The translations under genes and the position numbers were made by a program. The notes under the pieces are model-generated. The model did no database searches and was not told where the DNA came from. It saw only the letters and a list, made by a program, of their open reading frames with translations. A stretch of 64,000 bases of DNA, from positions 248,001 through 312,000 of the forward strand of contig JALMLS010000175.1 of the NCBI GenBank assembly GCA_038496445.1, read 5' to 3'. The DNA is from Trichosphaerium sp. ATCC 40318. Its lineage: Eukaryota > Protista > Tubulinea. Positions 49,963 to 62,263 of this stretch are shown piece by piece; position 1 is the stretch's first letter, and each line of letters starts with the position of its first letter.

Positions 49963-52319
49963 CTAAAATATAGTCGTGCAATGTATATCTACATCTACTT
50001 GTAGGTCGGTCTCTGCAAAGGCCTGGCCAACTTCTCTCTCTGAATGAAATAAATCTAAATCTAGTTCCTCTTCAGGAGGAAACAATTCTAATTCGTCTTG
50101 TATAGATAAACAGTTCTCTACAGGCTCTAGAATATCGTAGTTTGGTTCTGTATCAATACGAGGTTCCGTATCGCTTGACAAAACTGTATCCATACCAAAC
50201 ATCTTCAACAAACGTTTCTTATCATATTCCAAGCCACGTTCATCTGCCAATATCAGTAAAGACCTACAAAGATTCCAACCATTAGAAGCTTGTAGGTGTA
50301 GCGAATTGAAACTTACCCTATCAAGTGTTCAGAGCCCGTGAATTTATTGTGTAGTAGAATCATAATCTAGGAGTTTATAAACAAACAGTTTGTGTTAATA
50401 TATTGTAGAAAACTGACCTCTTGTAGAAATGGTACGTCGTTATTATGAATTGAAATAATACCAAGATCGTGTAGAATATGCTTATGGTGAGGGCTATCAG
50501 GGTAGATGGCACAACCATAAAATAACTCTTTACTTTTCTAAACCAAAAGTGTCAACGATATTTTTTTCCTTCGAATTTTTTTTTAACTTGACTTACCCTT
50601 AGAGCTTCTTGTATGTGTCCTCCGGCGAAGTATATAAGCGCAGAAATCCCAGTACTCATTGTTAAGAACCTTACATACATTTCAGGGTACCGCCTTGGAT
50701 CTAGTACATGTGTAGCACGTTTCTTAACTCTTGTATGTCTGTATAAAAAATGTGTAAATTCCTCCTCAGACTTTAATCCTCATTTTAGGTTAGCAATTTC
50801 CTGATTTAATACTTTAATAGATTTCTCGTACAATACTATATAGCCTATAAGCCACACCTGTGGACGGCGGTTGTTGTCTCGAAATTGTAAGCCACATCTT
50901 AAACGACCATTAAACGCTTCAAAAACTAAAGAGCTTCCAAAAAGACTAAAAAAAAGTCCTACCTTTCCAAAAGCTAACCACATCATTTGAGTTGCTAGAG
51001 CTAAAGATGGTCTAGAGGTTCTTTTCCTGTGTTTGAAGAATTCGTCACTTATTACTTGCAAGTGACGAAGAGCGTTTTCCCTGTAAAAATAAAAGCGTAA
51101 GTAATTCTCAGTTTTTTCATGATTTTTGATAAGTTTACCTATCTGTAAACACGTGATGAGAGTATAACCGAACACCTCTTTCTACAAGTTTAAGATGTTT
51201 AAACGATGAATAAGAAGGATCATTAACAAGTGTAGATAGCATATCTACGCACTACTTAGCTGAACAAAAGCCTAACTGTAACATACTTTTGGCCTTTTTA
51301 GTGTACAAAGATACTTCCGGCTTTCCAGCAAAGAATCCAGAATCTTTACCCAGGAGAACCAAGCCAGCTACCATAAGCATTAGATGTGATACTGGTATAA
51401 CTTGTGACGTACTAGCAACAGAAGGGTGAACCATTTCATTAAGGTTAGAATATACTTGCTCACAAACATCGAAAAGTTTTTCAGATGCTCTCGGGAAAAT
51501 ATGACGCGCTCCTGTGGCAATTATAGAGAGTATTTCAAATATAGTAGGGTCAGCAGACCACGCTAAAACGCTATTAACATTATACAGCGCTCAAAAGAGC
51601 CAAACAAAGCACGTACATGTACAGTTTCGTATTGCCGAGATAATGTTTTCAGAGTTCCAATGTCGAAGTGGTACGCCCTTTAGAGATGAATTAGAAGTGC
51701 TGGTAAGCTTGTTATACGCCTTACAAACTCTGGAAAGTATATCCTTTCATAATTCATTAGCCACGTCGTAACACACGACGAAACGTTCAAGTCTATACAC
51801 AGGTTCCATAAAACACTCTGAGAAAAGAAAAAAAATTATTCTTCAGAATTATAATTTAGTTTGAGGTGGTATTATTTGTTTACCCAAGTACGTTAACGCT
51901 CAAAAAGCGTAATAAAACAATGTTGTCTAAAAGTTTAACTACTATTTTACGGTTTCTCTGATAAATACCTGGTTTGTGGTAAGCTTAGAGAACTGCTTAC
52001 GCCAATGTTCTGCCTCACGTGATTGTAAAGCGAGTTGTGCTCTAAGGCGTTCTATAGTCGCTAATTGTTGTTCATCTAAGTTTAAAGTAAATTAAACAGT
52101 ACATTAGGAACATATATATCACGTGCTTGATACTGGTCCTCTTTTTTTGGGTTTTGCGAAAATACATTCAATATTTCTTGCAATACAACGCCCGCAAGGC
52201 TTTCCTCCATCACACTTTGTATGTGACTTACGACAAGCTATACAAGCATGACTGCCGCGTTTTGTAGCTCTGAAACTCAGTTCTAAACGTCGTCTTTTTA
52301 ATGGAGGTTCTGTAGTCAT
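49963..52319 (-). CDS. Zn(II)2Cys6 transcription factor (multi-exon)
   Basis: ACIACRKSHTKCDGGKPCGRCIARNIECIFAKPKKRGP, then a short coiled coil, a middle region and an acidic C-terminus. Confidence 0.85.
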
Positions 52320-53398
52320 AGGAAGCAGTATTTGAAGGTTGAAGGTGTTATTTATGTTCGTTTTAAGCAATAATGCGAAGTCAAGCACAGTTTGCAGAAT
52401 TTACAAAAGTTGTTCGCTACAAGTCGAGTTTATCACAGTATCGTTAGGTCATAAATAATGTGGAGTTGGTGTGAGAAAAAATACCAATGTGAATGTGACG
52501 CTAGGACCGCTAGAGTAAAAACTGAGTAAAAGTAAAACTGAAAAGTTAACAGAAATGTGCGGCCAAGTTTGCGTGTCTACGCTCTTTCCGTATCTATTTC
52601 TTTTTATTCAAACTCCGGGTATTGCTTGTTATTGATACACTCTCGGAATGGTCGTTTACGAGAAGATATGAACAAAGTCAGTTCACTCTAATTCTTCAAA
52701 TTAATAATCATAAGTTAATTCTCTGCCGTCTCGAGGCACGTGTTTCTTGTTTGAACGGAGTTTTATTAAAAACCACTAAACAAGCGTGGAATTAACCCAG
52801 TGGTATGTACAAGTACGTATATACGACCAGAGCTAGGTAAAGAGTAATTCAGTCTCGTGTGTTTGTTTTCGATTTAACCAGCAGTCATTTAGATACCGCA
52901 TTCATACTGGTAGTTACAACCCTATGTAATATAGACGACAGTAAATAGTTTAGCAGTAATACATATGTGTATCGTGCAGTACCAGGTTTCAGAGACGACG
53001 AAAGGAAAGCAAAAGGCGTCAATTTGCTGTTACTCTTAACAGACATACAGGACAATACAATAGAGCCAGTTACTTAGGCCAATTCTTACCACAATACCAA
53101 TCAATCAGCTGTTTAAAGTTGTGAAGTAGTTTCACAATGAACCATAATGGGATGCTTAGAATGAGTAAATTTTGTTAAAATGGAATGAACTTTAAGAAGA
53201 TGGGTTTGAAATTTGGCGGCATGTTGTTTTTCTTCGAAATCTGTTCTTTTGGAGACCTTTTGTACAACATTTTTGCAGAAAACAGCACATTTTTTAGTCA
53301 ATCGTGGCTCTAATCAATTTCGCGAAAAGTTGTGTAAGCCAATCATTTCGCTCGCAACAAACCAAACCAAACTAAAGCTAACGATTGACTTCTGCGCA

Positions 53399-54538
53399 AT
53401 GTCATCACGGAGTTCAAGGTCAGAGAGAAGAAAAAACAGCCACAGGAGGCATCGACGCCGTAGAAGCAACTCAAAACACCGCAGTTTTGAGGATATTATA
53501 ACAACACTGCCAAAGGAGATTTTATGCCTAATTTTCGAACAACTGCGCGATGTAGACCGCTTCAGGGTATCAGTATCATCTGTTTACCTATCCCTAATAA
53601 TTCACTCCTTGGTTGGTTATAAGCGCGTTTACATCAATTCAACTAAAGGCGCAAGACTGCTGGCAAAGTACCCATATCTCTTGCAACACTCTGAGGTAGT
53701 ATTGGATGGAAAACGTGATTTCAGAGCTATTGAATACCTCAATGGTGTGCGCAACATTAGTTTGAGAGAAAGCCAAGTTACCGACAAGTACTTAAAGTAC
53801 CTGGAAGGAGTACATACTATATCTCTTTGGAACGCTCCAAACGTGACTGACGAAGGCTTCAAGTACCTCAAAGGCGCACACGATGTTGATTTGGGTTGGA
53901 CCAGAGTCACCGATGAGAGCCTACCATATTTATCAGGAGTACACACTATCCTCTTGGGTGCTGCCAAAATTACAGATGAAGGATTGCGCCATCTCAAAGG
54001 AGTGCACACAATTAGCGTGTCACATACAAAAACCCTAACAGCACGTGGGTTGGCACACATTCAGGGTGCATACTCAATCCACTTTGGCAGCACGACACAT
54101 GTTACTGATGATGCTTGTGAGTGTATCGGGCACTCACACCAAGTTAGTCTCGATTGCTCCAATGTTAGAGATGATATGTTACAACATCTTGGTAATGTTA
54201 CAATTCTACTACTGGGTTTTACTCTCTTGACAGGCAGCGGATTTGAACATCTGAAAAACGTTCGCGAGTTAAGCTTGACGGGTTGTAAGAGTTTGGAGGG
54301 TAAGTATTTTGCACACTTGAATGATTTGGTGTCATTGAATTTGAACTGCACAAATGTGACAGACAATGACATGCAGTTTATCAAAAACGTCGAGAACCTT
54401 TACCTATGGCGTACAGAAATAACAGAAAAGGGATTAGAATACTTAGAACATGTCAAGGCTTTCAATATTGATGGTGCTAAAGTGTCAAAAGCTGGACGTA
54501 AGAAGTTTGCTTACAAGTGTACTTTGGGCATTTTGTAA
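53399..54538 (+). CDS. F-box / 22-aa LRR protein with basic N-terminus (intronless)
   Basis: MSSRSSRSERRK..., F-box TLPKEILCLIFEQL, and GVHTISL..VTDEG repeats. Confidence 0.88.
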   Translation: MSSRSSRSERRKNSHRRHRRRRSNSKHRSFEDIITTLPKEILCLIFEQLRDVDRFRVSVSSVYLSLIIHSLVGYKRVYINSTKGARLLAKYPYLLQHSEVVLDGKRDFRAIEYLNGVRNISLRESQVTDKYLKYLEGVHTISLWNAPNVTDEGFKYLKGAHDVDLGWTRVTDESLPYLSGVHTILLGAAKITDEGLRHLKGVHTISVSHTKTLTARGLAHIQGAYSIHFGSTTHVTDDACECIGHSHQVSLDCSNVRDDMLQHLGNVTILLLGFTLLTGSGFEHLKNVRELSLTGCKSLEGKYFAHLNDLVSLNLNCTNVTDNDMQFIKNVENLYLWRTEITEKGLEYLEHVKAFNIDGAKVSKAGRKKFAYKCTLGIL

Positions 54539-54638
54539 AAAAAGAGGAAGGCAGGAAATAAATGTTAGTTGTGTTTACATCACTTTATTTGAGATAGTAA
54601 TAATACTACTGTTCTGTTTAATGAATGCCAGCATGACA

Positions 54639-55927
54639 TTATTGTTGACTTACATTTGAGTCACCACCTAGTACCACAGGAAATTCATCGGAGTCCAATA
54701 TCTCTCCATGCTGCTTTCCGCCGTACTTTGGAGGAGAAACAACCCACGGACGTTTCTTTGAAATGGTAGCATCATCACCTTACAGGCGTTAGAAACTGTG
54801 GAATCTCAATGGGCTTACCTGTGAACCTAAATGCTACTGCACGCCTCAAAGAAGTTAAAGGATTACCAGGAGCTCCATGGAGAGCCTTGAAGTGAAACGC
54901 AATCACATCTAAAAAGCAAGTTAAATGAATAATGATTTTTTTGGTGGTTACCTCCTGGCTTCATGTCCCATCCAAGTGTTTCATATTTACCCTCATTTAT
55001 TCCATCATTAATATTGCTGTCTATGAGTGGTTCATATCCATGTAGTGACCAATCTGAGTCTTCCTTTGAAATGGTATAATTTTGAAGAGTTTCAAATTTG
55101 CGTGGAATGAACCTAACACCACACTTAGTGCTTCCCATCCCTGCAATGACTCTATGCACAATAATTGTATTAACCCTCCCTTACCATTTATTCCATCAAT
55201 ATCAGTTAAGAAAAAGGTAAAGAACAAAGAAGTAGTTGAATAAGAGTAATGAATAGTTCAAAAAGATACTTGTGACTTCCCTTTATGTACTTCACACAGT
55301 TACCATTTTTAGATATATTATCCAACGGTATCCAAAAAGATACATTCTGTTTACCGTCTACTGGATAATAACTTTGATCATGATGCCAAGGAGTATCCCT
55401 ACAAGAAAAAAATTCAAAAAAAAAACCTAGTCTTCACATTTCGACAACAAAAAAAAAACATGTGTGCGAGCATGCTCCTCAACATGATTCTCGACCTCAT
55501 TAAGAGTTGCATGAAAATAAGCAATAACATAAAGCCTTAATAGGCAAAATACCTTGATGTTCCTGGAGTCTTTACAAGCACGTGATCATGATAAAAATTG
55601 ACTTTTTCTGTTTTCATGAGTTGTTTAGCAATTTTTGACATTGGAGATTCAAAAATAAACTTTCTGAATTCAGGAACGCTTCTCCAAGTACATAAATCAT
55701 TAAAAAACCATGCTCCTATCGATCGATTTATTGTTTGATCAAATAAAACGGAAAACCGTACCGCTCGCGTCAGCATTGTTAGATAATGTTTCGGAAAGAT
55801 CACTTGGGTTATCTAGAACAGTTTGTACACCGCGTTCTAGTTTATCAAGCCATTCTTTTGAAATAACGTTTCTAAGACACACAGCGCCTTCATCTGCGTA
55901 CTTTTGTACTATAGTAGCATCAAGCAT
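54639..55927 (-). CDS. phytanoyl-CoA dioxygenase (PhyH) family 2OG-Fe(II) oxygenase
   Basis: YADEGAVCLRNVI, FYHDHVLVK, TPWHHDQSYY, SFWIPLD, WDMKPGD, LHGAPGN..RRAVAFRF. Confidence 0.9.
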
Positions 55928-56163
55928 TGTTGCGGTGATGGCGTAAGGCGGTCAAATGGCGTTTTTCGCACACAATTCTGTTTCACAGAACAAGGAAAAA
56001 GTGTCTCAATGCTTTCTGTCCGCAACTTGTTGCCTGTTGAAAACTATCAAGATGTAAATGTCAACGTATCATTTTTTTGTAGAACGTGAGAATCACGTGA
56101 ATAACTGAAGTGGAGAAACATTGAGGTTTTCTTTTCTTTTTTTTTTTTTACAAACAATGGCGT

Positions 56164-58031
56164 TTAAAGTCTATTACGCTTAGTAACCTTCCAAAATTTC
56201 GCTTCATGTGGTGTTGCTGTAACCAAAACATCATTATGAGCGAGCCATGTGAGACCTGAGGAAAGAATACATTAAGAAAGAGAAAGACGAAAAGATAAAA
56301 CTAACCTGTCAAACCTCTATTGTGATTCATTCTTTCACAACCACCAGTAGCATAATCCCAAACTGAAGACTCTTTATCGCAAGCAACAGCAAAGGAATCC
56401 CCAAAATTAGACCATCTAACATATCTTAAGTAACATGCTATCACATCGAGACGCACTGGAAGGATTTTGCGGCTACACCATCAACACCGTGTACAATCCC
56501 ATTAATTTGCTCTTGTTTCCCTCCTCTAAGCCTCCAAATATACCAATGTGTACCAGATACTGCTCCCATGAGTGAAGCCTCTCTACATACATATTAAGAA
56601 ACTAATTTATTCTACACCTTGTCGTACCTTTTATTCCAGTGTGCTTCCTACAAAGAAAGAAAAATATGTTAGAATTTTGATGTAAAAATAAAACAAAGAA
56701 AACTCTTGGCGAGACGTACTATTAGAGGTGTCCTACTCGCTCGTAACATAGCAACTGGATTTCTTTCACGAACATCTCGTACGGTTATAGTACCAGATAG
56801 TTCAGCACACATAAACTAAGGATGTTAAGCCAAGTACAAAGTTGCAATTAAAAAAACTAAGACAAGTTTCTTTTTTTTTGTAGTTTAGTCTGCCTATCCG
56901 TACCAAGTTCGGTAGTTGATAATTAAAATCGCAAGACATTCCTGGAGACTTTGTACCATAAATAGCTATTTCTGATTGCGATGCAACATCCCAAAGAATA
57001 ACACGTTTGTCATCTTAATATTAAAAAAATTAACTGACAAGTAAGTGACAGTTGTAACATTCTCTTGAGGTCTCTTTCGACCATAATGGTTTTCTGTAAG
57101 TTCATTGATAACACGTACCTCCAACACTTAAAAGCAAGCTACCATCAGGAGAAAACGCAGTAGCATTAATATAACTATCATGTGAACCCAACTCAACATC
57201 AGTTGTAGCTTTTTCAGTATGCGTAAAATATCGTATTGTACGCGCTCCAGTAGATACAGCCATACTAAAAAACCGCATGAATAAACTTGATAAAAAATAT
57301 CAACAAGAGAGGAAGGGCAGTAAACGCCGTTTAAGCTGAAAATGAGGTTTCAAAAAAATCTTAAGTTTGTACCAGACTTTTGTTTGTTGTGTTGGATTTT
57401 CAATTGTAGGAGAAGCTGACGCAGGAGACCAACATATATGCGCTGCTCTTGAGCTCAATTGAAGCTCTGTGACGGGTGTCAAAGTAGTACAAGGTTCAAG
57501 ACCGCTATAGAAGTGTAAGGAAGTCATCAGTGAATAGAATATTCCGCGTATTACGCGAATAGCGAAACTTACCGTTCTTCCAAAGCTCTAGCATTTTCCA
57601 TGTCGGTTTTAAGTACGACTACGCTCGATGATGTACCTACCGTTGTCATTGATTGCTTACAATTTGATTTTTCTTACCATAAGCCAATACTGCTGGAGAC
57701 GTCAAAAATGGGCTCGAAGAGATACAAGTACTCGGTTTAGAGCTACGTTAAGGCTGTCAGAAATTGTACAAACCGCGCCATGTTTTAAATATTCGTTTAC
57801 AACGTACAGCTTTTCTTCGTGTATAGGTATTAATTTTCTTTGCTGTTGATGTCTAATTGAAAAAAATGGCTCTCTAGTCGTTTGAAATATGTCTTGAGTA
57901 ACCGGTACAGATGGTGCGAACAGCTGGGGCTTAGGTTGAGTCCTTAATGCGCTTGCAATGATACTTTTTGGTGGAGAGTCCCAAATAACGCGCCTATTGG
58001 CTTGTGGCGCTATAATAGGTTCTTTTTCCAT
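56164..58031 (-). CDS. WD40-repeat protein (multi-exon)
   Basis: GSHDSYINATAFSPDGSLLLSVGDDKRVILWD and further WD repeats. Confidence 0.8.
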
Positions 58032-58152
58032 TATACAATTGTGCTAATAGGGTCTTACAGCATCACAAAACAAAAAATCTTTCTGCGCAACAACTTAAAC
58101 TAAACATTCGGTTAAGTATTTTATTATATTGATAAACTGCTTTTGTTCTTTT

Positions 58153-60399
58153 CTACAAGTGAGAGTCTCTGAATAGAGGCGTCCAGTTTTCACAAACATC
58201 AAACCGTAATGCGTCTAGTGTTTGCATAGTGACTTTCGAGTCTAGTTGAAGGACATTACGCTCAGCAGCTGAATATTGTTCCCAAACAACTCCATCAGTT
58301 TTAGGTACTCCAGTACTCAAAGAACGCCATAAACTATTCATTGTAGTAGATAGTTTCTCATCCGCTTCAGCAAATGTAACAGTTGTGACTCTATCAACAC
58401 TTGTCCTGTGAAACACATATGGTACTATCAACAAGTGAGTCACACATGCAAAGAACTAAGAAGAAAAAAATTGCGTACACTCGCTGGCATGTGTTGCGTT
58501 TAGGAAAGCTATTGGAGAAGGTGGTGTACGAGTAAAGTGATAGCGATATACAGGGCTTAACTGGTTTTCAGCAATTACGTTTGCAACCAAGTGAGCGCCA
58601 CATGCAATAGCGTAGTCACCAAAGATATCAGCAAAATTTATCCAGTAATCAGTATTGGTCGTGCCAGTCATCAAAGGTTTATACCTAAAAATGACACGTG
58701 ATTAATAAAGTATAAACAAACAACAAAAATCCTTGTGCAACTTACCACTGCTTAACCTTATCAGCAACACCGTATATTGTGCCGAAAGTAGAGTCAATCA
58801 GACTGTTGTATTCAATATAATTCATTCCTAGTGGAAGAAGTTACAAAAAGAGTTAGAGCTAGAAGAACAATTGACATTTGCTTACGCACCTTGTTTTGGT
58901 GTGATTTTAAAAGCAATTTCGTAAAGGAATATATTTCCTTCGTCCTTGTTTGTTCCTATTATAAGAGGTACTCTAGAATAATCGCCCTTCATAAAAGTTT
59001 TGAGAGGTTGCTCAGGAAGCAACCAAGTTCCAACAGTTGGTGCCCATAATCCCTATAAATCTTGTCAACACTCTTTTAACAAAGTTTGTCGTACCACATC
59101 ATCTTGAAGGGACATAGGATCAACCTTTTGTAGGCACCTGATACCATTAGTACTAATCAAACACGTTGGTATAAACGTACTCGAATTGGTTCTGTGGGGA
59201 GCCAAAACATAAGTGAAGAGTAGAAAGTGCATCAGCTTGGTCCATCATAACATCATATGGTACCAAATACCACGGTCCAGGACTCTCTGCGATTACACTT
59301 TGATGCGTTAGTATTGAAAAATAGTGTTGGTTCCTTATACCCATTAAATTTTGTTTGCTGGAACAACATATGAAGCATGACACTTGATCCACCAGCTGAC
59401 TCTCCAAAAATAATTGTGCTATCTGGGTCTCCATTAAAGTAGTGGATATTCTCTTCTACCCAACGTAGGGCAAGAATTTGATCCTGGAGACCAGCATTTG
59501 AAGCTCCGATACTATTAGTATAATCGTTGGCAAAGAATCCAAACACGTTTAGGCGATACCTATCAAAAGGAAGTCAGCTCTGTAATTTTTGATACGATTT
59601 CGTAATTTTAATTTAAACGGAGAAATATCACGTGTTGTCAAACGTACTGTATTGTTACGTATATAGCGTTCTCGCGAACTGTTAGTTCATCTGCGGGAAA
59701 TTGAGATGACCCACCACCGACGTAAGCGCCACCATGTACTAAAAAGGTAAGCATGCTGATTAGGCAAATACAGACAAAATAGCTAAGAATTCTTACTGTA
59801 TACAAAAACATCAAATTTCTGGCCTTCTTCAGCGTCTACTGGAGTGAAAATGTTCAAGTATAGGCAATCTTCACTCAGGGTCATGTTGTGTTTGCGTTGG
59901 AAGGAAGGTAGCACTTGTACACACCAATTCTGAAAACTGTAACAACGAGTTATACTATGATGTAGGAAATGCTATGTACATACGTTTTAGCTGGTCTAGT
60001 GAATACCCAGCCATCATGACGCTCAGGAGAGCGAAAACGAAGATTCCCAACAGGTGCCTTTGCAAATGGTATTCCTATAGGTCGTCAGAGTGGTTGTGTG
60101 TATGCGTAGTACCATAAAAACCCCTGAATGCTTTGCCTTCGCTAGTTTGTCCTAAATAATTTCGATAAGAGAGTTTTGAAGGTTTGACGCCAAATTATAC
60201 AGTATGGGCGGTATTGAAATCTGTTTGAGTTGAAATTCGAAATACTTTTCTGTTTGGTACAATTTGGTTTAAGCTGCGATTTCGTACCTCTGAAGCCTTC
60301 TAGAGGACCTGAGTTAGTCCCAACATACAACGGCAAAGTCGCTGGAGTTACAAACTCCAAAAGTAAGCAAAACGCTACCAAGGCGATCACTTGTCGCAT
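58153..60399 (-). CDS. type-B carboxylesterase / cholinesterase family, secreted
   Basis: GIPFAKAPVGNLRFR, SEDCLYLNIF, HGGAY, NAGLQDQILALRWV, FGESAGG. Confidence 0.93.
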
Positions 60400-60608
60400 G
60401 TTGTTGCTTTTTAATACCGTGTGCCTTTGTATTGTTTTGACTCTTTTAGACTGCGATGCTGTCGCCGTTATTGCTTTTGGGCTAGCTTATTCGTGCTGTA
60501 CTATACGCCACGTGCTTTTTTGTATCGGAAAACAGGCCTACTTTGCTGTTTTGTTCAAAACAAAAATAAGTTAAATTTCGCAAACTTGTTTTTCACAACG
60601 CTAGAAGC

Positions 60609-62100
60609 ATGTCAACCCAGTGGCTGAACCTAGTGTTGGTATTCCTTCTAGGCATATTTTTGGGGTCGTTAGCAAACAGTGGCCCTGGACCTAATGATAA
60701 ATACAACCTTGAAGATGTAGCACCCATGGTAAAGCCTTCAGTAGTAACAGTATTCGTTTGGAGCGTGAATGAGAAACTTATCTCAAGCGGAAGCGGTTTT
60801 TTTGTTCGCCCTGGCCTTGTCGCTACTACTAGACATACATTGGAGAAACCTGATGCGCACTATGTAACAATGGAAACAAACGACGATGATGAAAAACAAC
60901 GAAAGGTTTACATAGCAGATTCTGTAGTAGCAGACGATCGCATAAGCGATTTATTAATTTTGAAGGTGCGTAAATCAAATTAAACTAAAAGAAAATCTAC
61001 GTTCTATTTTACAACGCCGTTTGCGTCTACTAGCATATATAACGCTGTTGGAGGTGTCACAAAAATAATTACTGACCGTTCATACAATAGGTTTCACCAT
61101 CAGAGAACCCAAACCAACAGTTTGTTGTACTGAACGATAATTTCAGCCTCGGCGAAGATATTTTCTCGATAGCGAGCCCACACGGGTTCATGGGTGTTAT
61201 TTCAAGAGGTACAATTATTTCCTGCGTTATCGTTTGTCCCGTACTAACTAGGCTCGCAGGAATAATATCAGGATGGCGTTTCAAGCAAGTGCCAGATTTT
61301 TGTTACACAATTGATGCTTCAGTATCCTATGGCTCTTCTGGTGCACCTGTATTTAATTACAAGGTACGAAGTCACGAGGTTCCCGTCGGTTGACTCAAAA
61401 ACCCCAAAAACAAAAAAAAACGACCACTGTGACATCTCTACAAAACCCGTTTCGACTTTGTTGTATGTTCCCCTAACATTTTATTATAAAGGGTGAAGCT
61501 ATTGGTATGATATCTGGATTTATTACAAACCAGGAGGATAGACACGTTAACAATCTAAACTTTGTTATTTCTGCCAGCAGGTATTTTTTTTGATATGTCT
61601 TATTTTATGGTTTTTTCGATTGTGTCTGTAGCCTTTAGGCTACTCCTACCATCTATTGTTTTGTGCCATTATTGGTAGACGTTTAGAGCTAATTGAGGGC
61701 TTAGAATTGCTCGTGTCATGTCTACAATGGAAGAGGATTTGGATGAATCTGAGAATGAAACATGCTCCAGAATCGCTATTGACCAATGGGTTGATTATAA
61801 TGTACCAAAGAATCTTGGTATTATTGAGCGTATATTCTCTGGTGCGTTTGATGATAATTTATTCACTTTCTAAACTCACAACATACTTCTTTGAATGAAG
61901 CTAACTGTTATTTTTAATTAGGCATGAGAAATCTCACACGTCACGTGTGGGGTGATGTAGGTTCAGATCTTTTTGCACCTGATCCACTTCAACAGTTTGG
62001 TATCAGTAGGAGTATGTTTCATGATACTGCAATTAATACATTTGCGGATAATTATTCAATCAGGAACTCTGATACTCAAAACGAAAACATTGACTTGTGA
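60609..62100 (+). CDS. trypsin-like (S1C/HtrA-type) serine protease with N-terminal signal/anchor
   Basis: SGSGFFV, TTRH (His), DLLILKV (Asp), GSSGAPV (Ser). Confidence 0.85.
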
Positions 62101-62263
62101 ATTTATGAATAGTACTCTCACTATCTTCGTTGTACATAATAAAACCCTTGTAACACTACCCACGTTATTGTACTCTATCTTGAGTGTTTCTAGAAGTCTT
62201 TCAGACGATTCAGTGTTTTCTTCCGTTGACTTTGTTTGTAACACTCCGGTTTACTATTAAACG

